Below, one piece after another: positions 28,771 to 38,754 of a DNA stretch of 64,000 nt. The notes under the pieces are model-generated. The model saw only the letters and a program-made list of their open reading frames with translations, ran no database searches and was not told the origin of the DNA. The position numbers were made by a program, and so were the translations under genes. Source of the DNA: Bacteroides uniformis. GTDB lineage: Bacteria; Bacillota_I; Bacilli_A; RFN20; CAG-826. The stretch's first letter is position 1; each line of letters opens with the position of its first letter. Location of the stretch: NCBI GenBank assembly GCA_963641445.1, contig CAVIBR010000001.1:244920-308919 (forward strand). Reading direction: 5' to 3'.

Positions 28771-31272
28771 ATGAAAAAACAATCCGTAATACTGCTCATA
28801 TCATCTATCTTCTTACTTGGATGTTCGACAAACAATAGTTCTGAATCTTCCATTGATTCTTCTAATGAAACTATTTCCTCGTCAGTCGAAGAAGGCCAAT
28901 CAAGCAATTCCCAGCCTTCTTCAAGTTCTGAAGAAACAAAGAAAAAGGAGTTAACCATTGATAATATCTATAATGATTTCCTTGCTTTAGCAAAGGATGG
29001 AAACTTCACTATCGAATTTAACAAGACCATTAAAGATATCTATACCGATAATTATGTTCTTCAAAATTCATCTTCGACATATTATTTCAAAGGCGAAACT
29101 ATTTATGAAGAAAATAAGATAGGCGTTTATTCTGCAAGAAAAGAAAATAATTCCTATGAATTAGGCTATCTTCTTGAAGGAGAAGACGACGAAGGTTTTT
29201 CCGATAGTTCTCCTTTAGCAGATTTCCATACGATCAATTTATTCTGTTACTTGAATAATCCTAACTACGGTGCAAGCAAAGATGACCTTTCTTTTTCCTC
29301 TTCAGGTGAAGAAATTGTAACTGATTATAATTCATCTTCCCCAAGGAATATGTTTACAATTCTTGCTTTGATGTTTGGCAATTACACCAACGTTTCAACT
29401 GGCTTGGTTAACCATGTTTCAATCAAATATGATGAAGAAAATAATATTGTCGTGGAATTCTCAAAATTAGAAGAAAACACATACACGTATCCATCCAATT
29501 ACGCAAAAGGTGTTATCAAAAATATCAATAAGACAAGTGATGAAACTGCTGAATCCTTCCTAAAAACAATCAAAGGTAAAATAAGTAATAACACTTTCAC
29601 TTATTACAACACTTATAGCATTCGTAACACCTATTTATCTAGTACAACATCAGCTCATCTAGATTATGAAAATGGAACTAGCTCTTACGATTTAGGCACC
29701 TATGAATTAGACTACAATCCTAACAAGATTCATATTAAAAATCCTAATGGAGAAACTTTCATTCATCGCTCAGCTGATGGGGCAGCATATATTCAAGGGA
29801 TAAATGCCCTAAATGAGGTTTATGATGATACATACTATGCTCAAAATTTCTCTAACATGGATTTCGGATACAAAGATTTTGACTTCGAAGGATTTCGTTA
29901 CGACGAAGAAGAGAAAGCATATATCTATTATGGCCTTAATGGAGGAGATTCACTTAATTCAATCACTTATTTAGGAATAAGTTCAATGAAGTTTGATTCC
30001 ATTAAGTTATACGTGGATGAAGAAAGCGAGCAAATTAGCAAAATCATCGCTAGAAGTGCCTCCTTTTTAACTGAATGGTTCCCAAATAAGTATACCTATG
30101 CTTACTATACTTTCACAATTGATCTTGTTGATTATCGCACGATTGGCGAACCTTCAATCTATGATGTAACTTCCTCCACAGCTAAAATCCAATCAGTTTT
30201 CAATAAGATAAACGATTATGAAAATACCTCCTTTAAAACCGTTTCTAGAGAATGGTATGAAGGAAAAGACTCTAAGAACGTTCAGCCTAAGGTAACAACC
30301 TATTACACAAAGGATTATGTATATAAAGAAACAACCAACTACGTTCTTGATGGCAATTCGTATAACCCTGTTACAACTGGAAGAGGCCAATACGCAATTA
30401 AAGATAGCGAAGGAAATGTTATCGGAGTCAAAGAGTTCCGTGTCACAAGCGATGGCATAGTTGAACCTCGTTCTGAAATAATCTATGGCAAAACCCTTAA
30501 AGATTACTGGATTAACATTCAAGCATCTCCACTCGTTTTTGTATTAAACGATAACGTCATTTCTCCAATAAGTGGAATGGACACAAATAAATATAAGGAT
30601 TATCTTCCTATCACCCATTCAAGATTTGAAGCCCAAGAAGGCAGCATGCAAAATGGCGGGGATTATGGCGGAATGACATTCACCCTTAAAAAAGATGGAG
30701 AAGAAGTAACTGATGAAATTAGCGAATTTAACTACACCTATGGCGTCGAAGGAATATTCGAAAGTGATTATTCCGGCAAAGGAGTAATGACATTCACTTA
30801 TTCAACCGACTCTAATCCAATCAAGATATCTGATTCCTTGCTATCTCAACTTGAAAACATGGGAACATTCAAGATTCCAAGTAAGTGGAGCGAATCTCAA
30901 TCAAGCAATATCTATACTCTCTTATCTTCTTTCTATGAAGGAAAGAAAAATAGATATGGCAACGATGTTGATGTGGATAGAGATATTCCATTCTTATTTG
31001 ATGATGATTTAGACTCATCATGGAAATATTCATCTGGGCAATATACCAACACCAAAACGTTAAACATCAATCACTCCGTATCAAGCTTCGATGATGGCGA
31101 TATAAACAACTACAACGCCAAGTACGAAAGCCTCTTAAAAAATGATCCTGATTACACCTATAAAACAGAAAATGGTTTAGGCTATTACATAAACGGCGAT
31201 ATTGTAATTGCCATGACTAATTCTGCTATGGGCGGAATATACTTCTATACCGCAATACCACTATATAATTAA
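28771..31272 (+). CDS. Large surface lipoprotein with Ser-rich linker, hypothetical
   Basis: Signal peptide + lipobox LLGC|S; Ser/Glu-rich low-complexity linker then ~780 aa beta-rich Tyr/Asn/Thr-rich body; RBS GGAGGG. Confidence 0.6.
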   Translation: MKKQSVILLISSIFLLGCSTNNSSESSIDSSNETISSSVEEGQSSNSQPSSSSEETKKKELTIDNIYNDFLALAKDGNFTIEFNKTIKDIYTDNYVLQNSSSTYYFKGETIYEENKIGVYSARKENNSYELGYLLEGEDDEGFSDSSPLADFHTINLFCYLNNPNYGASKDDLSFSSSGEEIVTDYNSSSPRNMFTILALMFGNYTNVSTGLVNHVSIKYDEENNIVVEFSKLEENTYTYPSNYAKGVIKNINKTSDETAESFLKTIKGKISNNTFTYYNTYSIRNTYLSSTTSAHLDYENGTSSYDLGTYELDYNPNKIHIKNPNGETFIHRSADGAAYIQGINALNEVYDDTYYAQNFSNMDFGYKDFDFEGFRYDEEEKAYIYYGLNGGDSLNSITYLGISSMKFDSIKLYVDEESEQISKIIARSASFLTEWFPNKYTYAYYTFTIDLVDYRTIGEPSIYDVTSSTAKIQSVFNKINDYENTSFKTVSREWYEGKDSKNVQPKVTTYYTKDYVYKETTNYVLDGNSYNPVTTGRGQYAIKDSEGNVIGVKEFRVTSDGIVEPRSEIIYGKTLKDYWINIQASPLVFVLNDNVISPISGMDTNKYKDYLPITHSRFEAQEGSMQNGGDYGGMTFTLKKDGEEVTDEISEFNYTYGVEGIFESDYSGKGVMTFTYSTDSNPIKISDSLLSQLENMGTFKIPSKWSESQSSNIYTLLSSFYEGKKNRYGNDVDVDRDIPFLFDDDLDSSWKYSSGQYTNTKTLNINHSVSSFDDGDINNYNAKYESLLKNDPDYTYKTENGLGYYINGDIVIAMTNSAMGGIYFYTAIPLYN

Positions 31273-31286
31273 TGAAAGGAAAAAAT

Positions 31287-33722
31287 ATGAAAAAATCAAA
31301 ATTATTAGTTTTCTCCCTTGCCTCAGTCTTAATGCTTGCTGGCTGTGGAGATAACCAAACCTCATCCTCTACTGAAGGAGCTTCTTCCTCAAACACAAGT
31401 GAAGTAGTTTCTTCCTCCGAAGAATCTTCAACAAGCAGTTCTTCCTCCGAAAGCTCTTCGAGCGAATCTTCTTCTGAAGTAGTAATCGAAACTGCAACAA
31501 TCAAGAAAATCACCAACTATGTTACTGAAGGAACATTAAACGTTACCGAAGGTGACAAAGTTGAATTGAATTCAAAAATCACTTTAACCTTCACCGAAGC
31601 CGTTTCAGACAAGGAATATCAAATTCTTGTTAACCAAACAATCGCCGATATGGAATGGGCCGAAGATAACCTTTCTTGCTTCTACACCTTAAATGCAAGC
31701 AAAGACGAAGAAATCTCAATTGCCCTCATAGAAAAGAATCCTACTTCCGAAAATGGACAGACAATCACCTTCGAACAAGGCGAACACTACAAAGTCCTTG
31801 GCATCGTCTCCGGCCAAAAATATGAGCCACTTGATGACTATTCTGAAGAATTAGAAGATTGGGTCACGGTCTCGATCGATTTTGCAATCATCGTCGATGA
31901 AGGATATATTCTTGCTAAACCAATTTTAACTGTTGATGGGATTGACCAATCTCTTTCTAAAAATGATCAAGGTCTCTATTCAATTGGTAAATGGGATTTG
32001 ACTGGCGCAGGCGCTTTGACAATCAATGTTAACAAAGCAGTTGAACACACGATCACATATACTGGTGCAGAAAATCTTGATACAGCGGCATCTAACATCC
32101 CAACAACCTTCATGGGTGGAGATACGATCACCTTCAAGTTCATTGCCAAGGGGGGATTCTCTGTCACGGCCGTTTCTGTCCAACCATATGATAATTCTTA
32201 CTATTATCAAAAAGATTATTCCAACTACACAATCACTCTTCCAAATGAAGATGTGCAAATTGCCATAACTACAGTCGCATCATATGCAATTAAATTGTCT
32301 TCAACCGAGCATCTTTCTAATATCGGATTCTATTCAACGGCTGAGTATGGTTCCGATTCCGAAGGCAATACCGCTCTTAAATTATCAGACGAAATAACAA
32401 CTGCTCCTTCTAACCAACGTTTCTATGTCGCATTCAACGTTGAAGATGGGTACAAAGTTAGTGAAATTGTTGGTGCAGAAGTTGCAGGACTTGCCGAAGG
32501 CGCTCAATCATGGTGTGGTTCAACGGACGGCAGAATCGTCTTCAATTGCACTCTCTATGGTGAAACGGAATTAAAACCAGTCTTTGTCACAAAGAAGAGC
32601 GTTACATTAGACTCTTCAACCGACTCTGATAAAGTCTCTCTTGTCTTTACTGGTGATGTTAACACGTTCTTCCCTGAAGATGACGTTAAATTCAACTTCT
32701 TACTTGAAGACACAAAAAATACAAGAATTGGCCAAGTCTATTATTGCTATACTGATGAAAATGGTGAAGCAGTTGAAAAAGAAGTCAACTATTCAAAATA
32801 CTACAGCAGTTATACCTTTGTTATGCCAAATGCAGACGTTACCATCAAAGCAGAAGTTATCGATATTGTTAAAACAACAGTATCTTATTCAAATACGGCT
32901 GGAAGCCTTGTTGGATCAGTCAATATAGTTGGTGCAACAAGCGGAACCAAACTAGATGACTCAACAAGCACATCAGACTCATTCGAAGAAAAAGAATCTC
33001 TTAATATTACAATCAAAGCCGGGCCTGAACATTTTAAGAAGGTCGCGGCAAACCTTGTTACCGCTACTGAAACAACTGCTATTGAATTAACACTCAACAT
33101 TGCAAAAGGAACCTACACCGGTAGCGTTTCCGTTCCAGTTGGTGGAGCAACAATTCAAATCGTTGAAGGCGAATATGCCACTGTTAGAACATTAACCGCT
33201 TCTGAAACAAGCACGATTGAATATTACGAAAGCACTGATGTATCATCCAAAGTTAATATATTAGGAAATCTCTACGACATGGATGTCTTCTATTTCGTTG
33301 TTAAGGATACACCAGCTGAAGGATATTCACTTTCCGTTTCCGTTAAGATTGATGGAGAAGAAGTACCATCCTTAAGTACAGTCACAATCGGTGATGAAAC
33401 TGCTTATAAGGTTATCGTTTCTGGCAATGTTGAAATCTCTGTTGAACAAGTTCAAGCCGTTTCATTCGGTGTCTCTGGCGCTGACTACGAAGGAGATGGA
33501 TCTGATATTTTCATTGACTTTGATACAAATGATTATATCCAAGTTAACAATGGAACAATCAAATACGGCACAAGATTCTATTTAGATGATCCTGATTATG
33601 GTAGAGAAATAGAAACAATAACAATTGGCGGAGAAACCGTTAAGCCTGACTATATTGATGGATTCCATGGCGTTTATACAGCTACAGGTGATGTAGTTAT
33701 CACTCTCATCGAAGCGTATTAA
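31287..33722 (+). CDS. Large surface lipoprotein with poly-Ser linker, hypothetical
   Basis: Start at MKKSKLL (RBS GAAAGGA); lipobox LAGC|G; SSSEESSTSSSSSESSSSESSSE linker; repeated T/V/G-rich beta modules. Confidence 0.6.
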   Translation: MKKSKLLVFSLASVLMLAGCGDNQTSSSTEGASSSNTSEVVSSSEESSTSSSSSESSSSESSSEVVIETATIKKITNYVTEGTLNVTEGDKVELNSKITLTFTEAVSDKEYQILVNQTIADMEWAEDNLSCFYTLNASKDEEISIALIEKNPTSENGQTITFEQGEHYKVLGIVSGQKYEPLDDYSEELEDWVTVSIDFAIIVDEGYILAKPILTVDGIDQSLSKNDQGLYSIGKWDLTGAGALTINVNKAVEHTITYTGAENLDTAASNIPTTFMGGDTITFKFIAKGGFSVTAVSVQPYDNSYYYQKDYSNYTITLPNEDVQIAITTVASYAIKLSSTEHLSNIGFYSTAEYGSDSEGNTALKLSDEITTAPSNQRFYVAFNVEDGYKVSEIVGAEVAGLAEGAQSWCGSTDGRIVFNCTLYGETELKPVFVTKKSVTLDSSTDSDKVSLVFTGDVNTFFPEDDVKFNFLLEDTKNTRIGQVYYCYTDENGEAVEKEVNYSKYYSSYTFVMPNADVTIKAEVIDIVKTTVSYSNTAGSLVGSVNIVGATSGTKLDDSTSTSDSFEEKESLNITIKAGPEHFKKVAANLVTATETTAIELTLNIAKGTYTGSVSVPVGGATIQIVEGEYATVRTLTASETSTIEYYESTDVSSKVNILGNLYDMDVFYFVVKDTPAEGYSLSVSVKIDGEEVPSLSTVTIGDETAYKVIVSGNVEISVEQVQAVSFGVSGADYEGDGSDIFIDFDTNDYIQVNNGTIKYGTRFYLDDPDYGREIETITIGGETVKPDYIDGFHGVYTATGDVVITLIEAY

Positions 33723-33931
33723 TATCAACTCTCAGCAGAAAACGAAAGCTGTCCATTAAGGATGGCTTTTTTCTTTTATCGCAAATCTGATTGAGTTTTA
33801 CCTATGATTTTTCAATTTTTAATTGTTTTCCTTTACTAATAATTTGGAGATGGTTCATTATTCAAACTTGTTTTTAGAACTGCCTTAACGTAAAATTAAT
33901 TAAATTTTAGAAAAAGTAAAGGACAATAATT

Positions 33932-34711
33932 ATGAAAAAGACTCTAAAAATACTTTCAATAGTCCCTTTATTCGTTTTATGTTCGTGTGGAAATGAAACG
34001 AATTCAAGCGAGGCAAATGTATTAAACGAGGCTGATGCTAAAGCACAAGTCGCTTCAATGAAAGCGGAAGTTGAAAAAGAAGACTTCAAAGTGCCAACGT
34101 CTGGCCAAATATTAACCGATCTTGTTACCTCAAGCGCTTCACTCTCTTTTAGTGTGACTTCAGATGTTAGATTCAACACGGAAGCAGGTTCAAGATACTT
34201 TTATTCAAATTCAAATTTACTTGGAACAACGATTGTTTGCTATTATGAAAAAGACGGGAAGTATTATGGATATGTTTCTTCTGCTTATGGTGAAGATAAA
34301 ACAGAATTAACCGAGGATGAATTCACCAACACTTTCGAAAGCACTATTACAGAATCCGGCATTGATGCAACATCATTGAAAACGAATGTTGTTGAAGGAT
34401 TAGATACCATTACTAATTTGTATGATAACTTTGAAAACACTTCTAGCTCAGTGGATGTTACTACTGATCTTGAAGTTACTTTCACTAAAATCAACGAATC
34501 ATCGTTTAAAGTTGAGGCTAACGGTAAAGTAAAACAATCTTCATTGGGGACGGCAGACGCTGTTATCAAAATCGAATATGAAAACTACCTTCCTAAGAGC
34601 AGGTTTATGGATGTTACTGCTACCGAATCCGGGCAAGAAGTTAAAACTAAAACAACTCAAACTTACACCTGGGGCAGTGTTGAGTACATCTATCCTGAAA
34701 TAAACAAATAA
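33932..34711 (+). CDS. Lipoprotein, member 1 of tandem paralog family (ends ...YTWGSVEYIYPE)
   Basis: Lipobox VLCS|C; shares VRFNTEAGSRYFY and C-terminal Y-x-WGSVEYIYPE with next two genes. Confidence 0.6.
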   Translation: MKKTLKILSIVPLFVLCSCGNETNSSEANVLNEADAKAQVASMKAEVEKEDFKVPTSGQILTDLVTSSASLSFSVTSDVRFNTEAGSRYFYSNSNLLGTTIVCYYEKDGKYYGYVSSAYGEDKTELTEDEFTNTFESTITESGIDATSLKTNVVEGLDTITNLYDNFENTSSSVDVTTDLEVTFTKINESSFKVEANGKVKQSSLGTADAVIKIEYENYLPKSRFMDVTATESGQEVKTKTTQTYTWGSVEYIYPEINK

Positions 34712-34713
34712 GG

Positions 34714-34745
34714 GCAGCAGCCATTAATTGGCTGCTTTTTATTTT
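34714..34745 (+). terminator. Rho-independent terminator (duplicated with the one at 35745)
   Basis: gcagcagcca-ttaat-tggctgc + T5. Confidence 0.7.
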
Positions 34746-34901
34746 GCTAAATCGATTGAGATTTATGGGCGATTTTTGAATTTTCTACAAATATATTTCG
34801 CTTGATGATCCTAAATAGTTTATTTTTCAAACTTGTTTTCATAATGATTGAGACGTAGAATTAACTAAATTTTAGATAAAAAACAAAGGTAATTAGTAAT
34901 T

Positions 34902-35723
34902 ATGAAAAAGGCTCTTAAAACACTCTCGATGATTCCTCTATTCGTTTTAGGCTCATGTGGGAATGAAACGAAAATATTAAATGAGGCTGAAGCTAAAGAC
35001 CAAATCGCTTCAATGAAAGCAGAGATTCAAAAAGATGATTTTGCAATCCCTAGTTTAGGAATGGTGAAAACTACTATGGTATCAAATGAGCAAAACTCAT
35101 CTTTTACTATCTCTCTAGACGTTAGATTTAATACCAACGTTGGCTCTAGATATGTTTATTGCAATATAACTTCGGAGAATTCTAGCAACAATTCTATTGC
35201 ATCTTCCGTGATTAATTATAGTAGTGATTCAGATGAAGTTGCTTGCTTGTACGAAAAAGATGGAAAGTATTTTGATTACGGCAAAAGAGGCTCAAAGGTA
35301 ACGTTTTCTGAAATAAAAGAAGAAGCGGAATTTAAAACGCTTTTCGATAATAAACTTATCCAAATTAGTGCAGATTCAGCTACGCTAAAAACTAGTTTCG
35401 TAACAGTTTTAGATAGAATTTGCGAAACATATGATTACACTGATGGATCTTCTAATGCAGAAAACAATATCGGTGTTGCCTATGAAATAACATTTACAAA
35501 AATAAATGCGTTTTCATTTAAATTTGAATCTAAAGCTAAAGCAACTGATTCCGCTAGCATGCTTAAAAATTCTGAAACGACAATGATATTTGAGAATTAT
35601 TTGCCTAAAAGTTCTTATTCTACTAGTTTATTAGGTGTTTCTGGCACTGAAATTACGAGCTCATCTTCTCGAACTTATGCCTGGGGCAGTGTTGAATACA
35701 TCTATCCTGAAGCAAGCAAGTAG
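34902..35723 (+). CDS. Lipoprotein, member 2 of tandem paralog family
   Basis: Lipobox VLGS|C; N-terminus near-identical to member 1 (ILNEAEAKDQIASMKAEIQK vs VLNEADAKAQVASMKAEVEK); 3' end retains remnant of member-1 terminus. Confidence 0.6.
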   Translation: MKKALKTLSMIPLFVLGSCGNETKILNEAEAKDQIASMKAEIQKDDFAIPSLGMVKTTMVSNEQNSSFTISLDVRFNTNVGSRYVYCNITSENSSNNSIASSVINYSSDSDEVACLYEKDGKYFDYGKRGSKVTFSEIKEEAEFKTLFDNKLIQISADSATLKTSFVTVLDRICETYDYTDGSSNAENNIGVAYEITFTKINAFSFKFESKAKATDSASMLKNSETTMIFENYLPKSSYSTSLLGVSGTEITSSSSRTYAWGSVEYIYPEASK

Positions 35724-35744
35724 CATTTGAAATAAACAAATAAG

Positions 35745-35772
35745 GGCAGCAGCCACTAATTTGGCTGTTTTT
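35745..35772 (+). terminator. Rho-independent terminator
   Basis: cagcca-ctaattt-ggctg + T5; sequence homologous to terminator at 34714. Confidence 0.6.
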
Positions 35773-35904
35773 AATACAAAAGAAAATATCCTTTTAATGA
35801 CTGTTACTTTGAGAATCGTATTTATTCCAATTTTTTCTCATAGTATTTCACATTGACAACAATACCTTTTTTAAGTAAAATTTAAGCGCAAAGGGGATTA
35901 CAAA

Positions 35905-36675
35905 ATGAAAAAGAAGACTAAGTTATTGGCTTTGATGCCGCTATTATTTTGCTTATCAAGTTGTGATAAACAGCTTGGCGCAAAGGAAGCCGTTAAATTT
36001 GTTGATGCTATAGGAGAAGAGCTCTGCAAAGATGAGTCTTTCTCTCCGACCGTTGGAACAGTTCATTCACATAAAACAAGGTTGGAAGATGGCTTAACAA
36101 CCACAACGGAAACTGAAGTACGATTCAACGCTGAAGAAGGCTCTAGATATTTTTACGAGAAGAGCGTTGTTACTAGTCAATCTCAATCTGAGAGCGAATT
36201 CTATTTATATGAGAAAGACGATAAATATTATAGAGTCGATTTAGATGGCGAAGAAAAAAGTTCTAAAGAATACACAACCGAAAAAGAATTTGCAAAAGAT
36301 TTCAATAGCGCATTGAGATCTAACGAATTAAATTCTGAAGCGATTAATTATAAAGCTAGATGGTATCTTTTTTACATATCATATTGCTTTGATAACAAAG
36401 ATAAAGAGGAAAAACTATCCTTAAAACTTGACCAAAAACTTGTTAAATTTAACGATTATTCATTTAAATTTGATCAAACAACTACTTATTACGACTCTAA
36501 TTCAGAAGAAAAAAATAGAGCAGAATTTCATGTTGAATTTAAGGATAAATTTCCCATAACTTTAAATACTGTTTCTCCAATGACGGATACTGATGGCAAA
36601 ATGATAACGCTATCTGAAGACGCTACTTATGCTTGGGGTAAGACCACGTATTTATATCCGACAATTACCATATGA
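35905..36675 (+). CDS. Lipoprotein, divergent member 3 of paralog family
   Basis: Lipobox CLSS|C; conserved VRFNAEEGSRYFY and C-terminal YAWGKTTYLYP. Confidence 0.55.
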   Translation: MKKKTKLLALMPLLFCLSSCDKQLGAKEAVKFVDAIGEELCKDESFSPTVGTVHSHKTRLEDGLTTTTETEVRFNAEEGSRYFYEKSVVTSQSQSESEFYLYEKDDKYYRVDLDGEEKSSKEYTTEKEFAKDFNSALRSNELNSEAINYKARWYLFYISYCFDNKDKEEKLSLKLDQKLVKFNDYSFKFDQTTTYYDSNSEEKNRAEFHVEFKDKFPITLNTVSPMTDTDGKMITLSEDATYAWGKTTYLYPTITI

Positions 36676-36706
36676 GGAGAAACATCATTATCGAAAGGGG
36701 ATAACT

Positions 36707-38065
36707 ATGAAAGAAACTATAAAATTTATTCTTAAAGGACTTAGTAAAAACGTTTTCTCATTGATACTTTCAGCAATTCTTTTAACTGCATCAACCTTTT
36801 CAATCAGTTCATCCTTTGTGTTAAAAGAATACAACCTAACAGAATTTGTCTTAAGAAACAGAACAGTTGGAGATGAATATGCTTATTTGCGATTTAATAT
36901 GCACAAAGAGGATGGCGAGTACAAACAACGTCAATTTGATGATGAATCGCTCGAAAAAATAAGGGAATATACTTCAGGCAGTGCCGTTGAATGTTACGAC
37001 TTTTCTTATCAGAAACCAATAAATTTAACGCCTGCAAGAGGAAAGGGGTATAAAGATATTAATAATTTCCTTTATAAGCACAATTGCGTAATGAAACTTG
37101 ATCAAGATACAGGTGAAGAAAAAGCACAAATCCATAGATGTGAAAGATTATCTAGCCAAACTCCATGCAGATTGCCAAACAAAAGTGACGAAATAGCTAT
37201 AAACGCTTTATCTGCTTATACAATGCTTGCCTATGGCATTGTTACTGAACTCCTTCCGGATTCTGAATTACCGGCAGTAGTTTACAAGCCAAAGAGCCTT
37301 GATGAATTAATAGGCTTCAAACTATATAACGGATTAACAATAACTGGAATCTATTCTTCCAATGATGGGTATTCTGAACTTTTTGAACCATATCTTCTTT
37401 CTGGGTTAGATGAAAAAGAAGATTACATAACAAAATACTATTTGTATGGAGGCTTTTCTTCAGCTGGTGCCGCATATGTAAGCAAAGAATTCATAGAAGA
37501 AAAAGGTCTAACGACTCCGAAGTTTGTTTTTGCTAAATTAAGTGGTAATTATCGTTCAGATTTAAATTTTGTTAAATCTTTTAATGAAGAAAATGGCTCT
37601 TTTCTCTTTCCTCTCAACAAATATACCGGCTACGCTAGTTATTTTGATACCGTACCTATCTATTATGATTGCTACCCGGTAACTACAGATCAGTTTTGGA
37701 GAAACTACTGGTATTGCACTATCGCGCCTATAGTACTTAGTTTTGCATTTGCTTTGTTCCATTTCTTCAGAATTTTCAAGAAAGTAGATGAAGAAAAAGT
37801 TATTGTTGAAATAGATGTAAAAAAACGTTGTTTGAATGCAATTTCCCAAATGCTTGTTCCGACTTTGCTTTCGTGGGCGTTTGCATTGATTGCAATACAA
37901 ATCATTTTGACCGTGTTTAATGCCCATTTTGGAGTAGCAATGTTTATCATAACTCCAGGCATTGCATTTGCTGCTTTAGCTGTTTCCTTCATTGAATGTG
38001 GAATAACAATGCTTTGCGGGCTTGGCATTTCTAAGATCCCTTTCAAAAAGAAGAAAGAGTCCTAA
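36707..38065 (+). CDS. FtsX-like/MacB-type permease-fold membrane protein (N-terminal TM, large extracytoplasmic domain, 3 C-terminal TMs), orphan
   Basis: Start ATG 36707 (RBS AAAGGGG); topology 1 TM + ~300 aa ECD + 3 TM at C-terminus characteristic of FtsX-like ABC permeases; no cognate ATPase nearby. Confidence 0.45.
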   Translation: MKETIKFILKGLSKNVFSLILSAILLTASTFSISSSFVLKEYNLTEFVLRNRTVGDEYAYLRFNMHKEDGEYKQRQFDDESLEKIREYTSGSAVECYDFSYQKPINLTPARGKGYKDINNFLYKHNCVMKLDQDTGEEKAQIHRCERLSSQTPCRLPNKSDEIAINALSAYTMLAYGIVTELLPDSELPAVVYKPKSLDELIGFKLYNGLTITGIYSSNDGYSELFEPYLLSGLDEKEDYITKYYLYGGFSSAGAAYVSKEFIEEKGLTTPKFVFAKLSGNYRSDLNFVKSFNEENGSFLFPLNKYTGYASYFDTVPIYYDCYPVTTDQFWRNYWYCTIAPIVLSFAFALFHFFRIFKKVDEEKVIVEIDVKKRCLNAISQMLVPTLLSWAFALIAIQIILTVFNAHFGVAMFIITPGIAFAALAVSFIECGITMLCGLGISKIPFKKKKES

Positions 38066-38071
38066 AAAGCA

Positions 38072-38118
38072 AAAGATCCTAATTATCATATTTCTATGAT
38101 TCCTTAGGATCTTTTTAA
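38072..38118. terminator. Bidirectional terminator between permease and tdk
   Basis: aaagatcctaa...ttaggatcttt 10-bp perfect stem flanked by A/T runs. Confidence 0.75.
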
Positions 38119-38122
38119 ATTG

Positions 38123-38698
38123 TTATTTCTTAACGATGTGATGTTTCCTGCATCTAGCTTCGTAATTTTCTTTTGCCCCAACTTGAATAATTGGCTCATT
38201 ATAACTAGCAGGTTCACCATTGATTAATCTTTGGGTTCTTGTCGCAGCACACCCGCAAACAACGCACACAGCAGATAATTTAGTAACGAATTCGGCTCTC
38301 GCTAATAATTCTGGCATAGGCCCAAATGGTTCCCCTCTGAAATCTAAATCTAATCCTGCAGCAATAACACGAATCCCTCTATTAGCTAAGGTTTCACAAA
38401 TATTGATTATCGACATATCAAAGAATTGAATTTCATCAATTGCTACGACTTGAGTGTCTTCCTTAACTAAATCCATGATTGAGGAAGCATCTTTTATGGC
38501 ATACGCTTCATATTTAGCCCCATCATGAGAAGAAATAGCTGTCTTGTCATAGCGATCATCGATTGCGGGTTTAAACGCGATGATTTTCATTTTCGTATAT
38601 GACAAAGTTTTCACTCTGCGAATTAATTCTTCGCTTTTACCAGCAAACATTGGACCTACAATCAATTCAATCCATCCTTTTTGAAGTTCTTGATACAT
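38123..38698 (-). CDS. tdk: Thymidine kinase
   Basis: GPMFAGKSEELIRR Walker A, C-terminal zinc ribbon CVVCG...; 191 aa. Confidence 0.9.
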   Translation of the reverse strand: MYQELQKGWIELIVGPMFAGKSEELIRRVKTLSYTKMKIIAFKPAIDDRYDKTAISSHDGAKYEAYAIKDASSIMDLVKEDTQVVAIDEIQFFDMSIINICETLANRGIRVIAAGLDLDFRGEPFGPMPELLARAEFVTKLSAVCVVCGCAATRTQRLINGEPASYNEPIIQVGAKENYEARCRKHHIVKK

Positions 38699-38754
38699 CT
38701 TTTCTCTCCCTCAAATACAAACTGCATAATTATATATGTTTAGTGAAACAAAAG

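Noticed and set aside
33723-33780. Possible terminator after second large lipoprotein (aaagctgtccattaaggatggctttttt)
   Set aside because: The stem is imperfect (several mismatches). It is left uncalled, although the T-run suggests weak termination.
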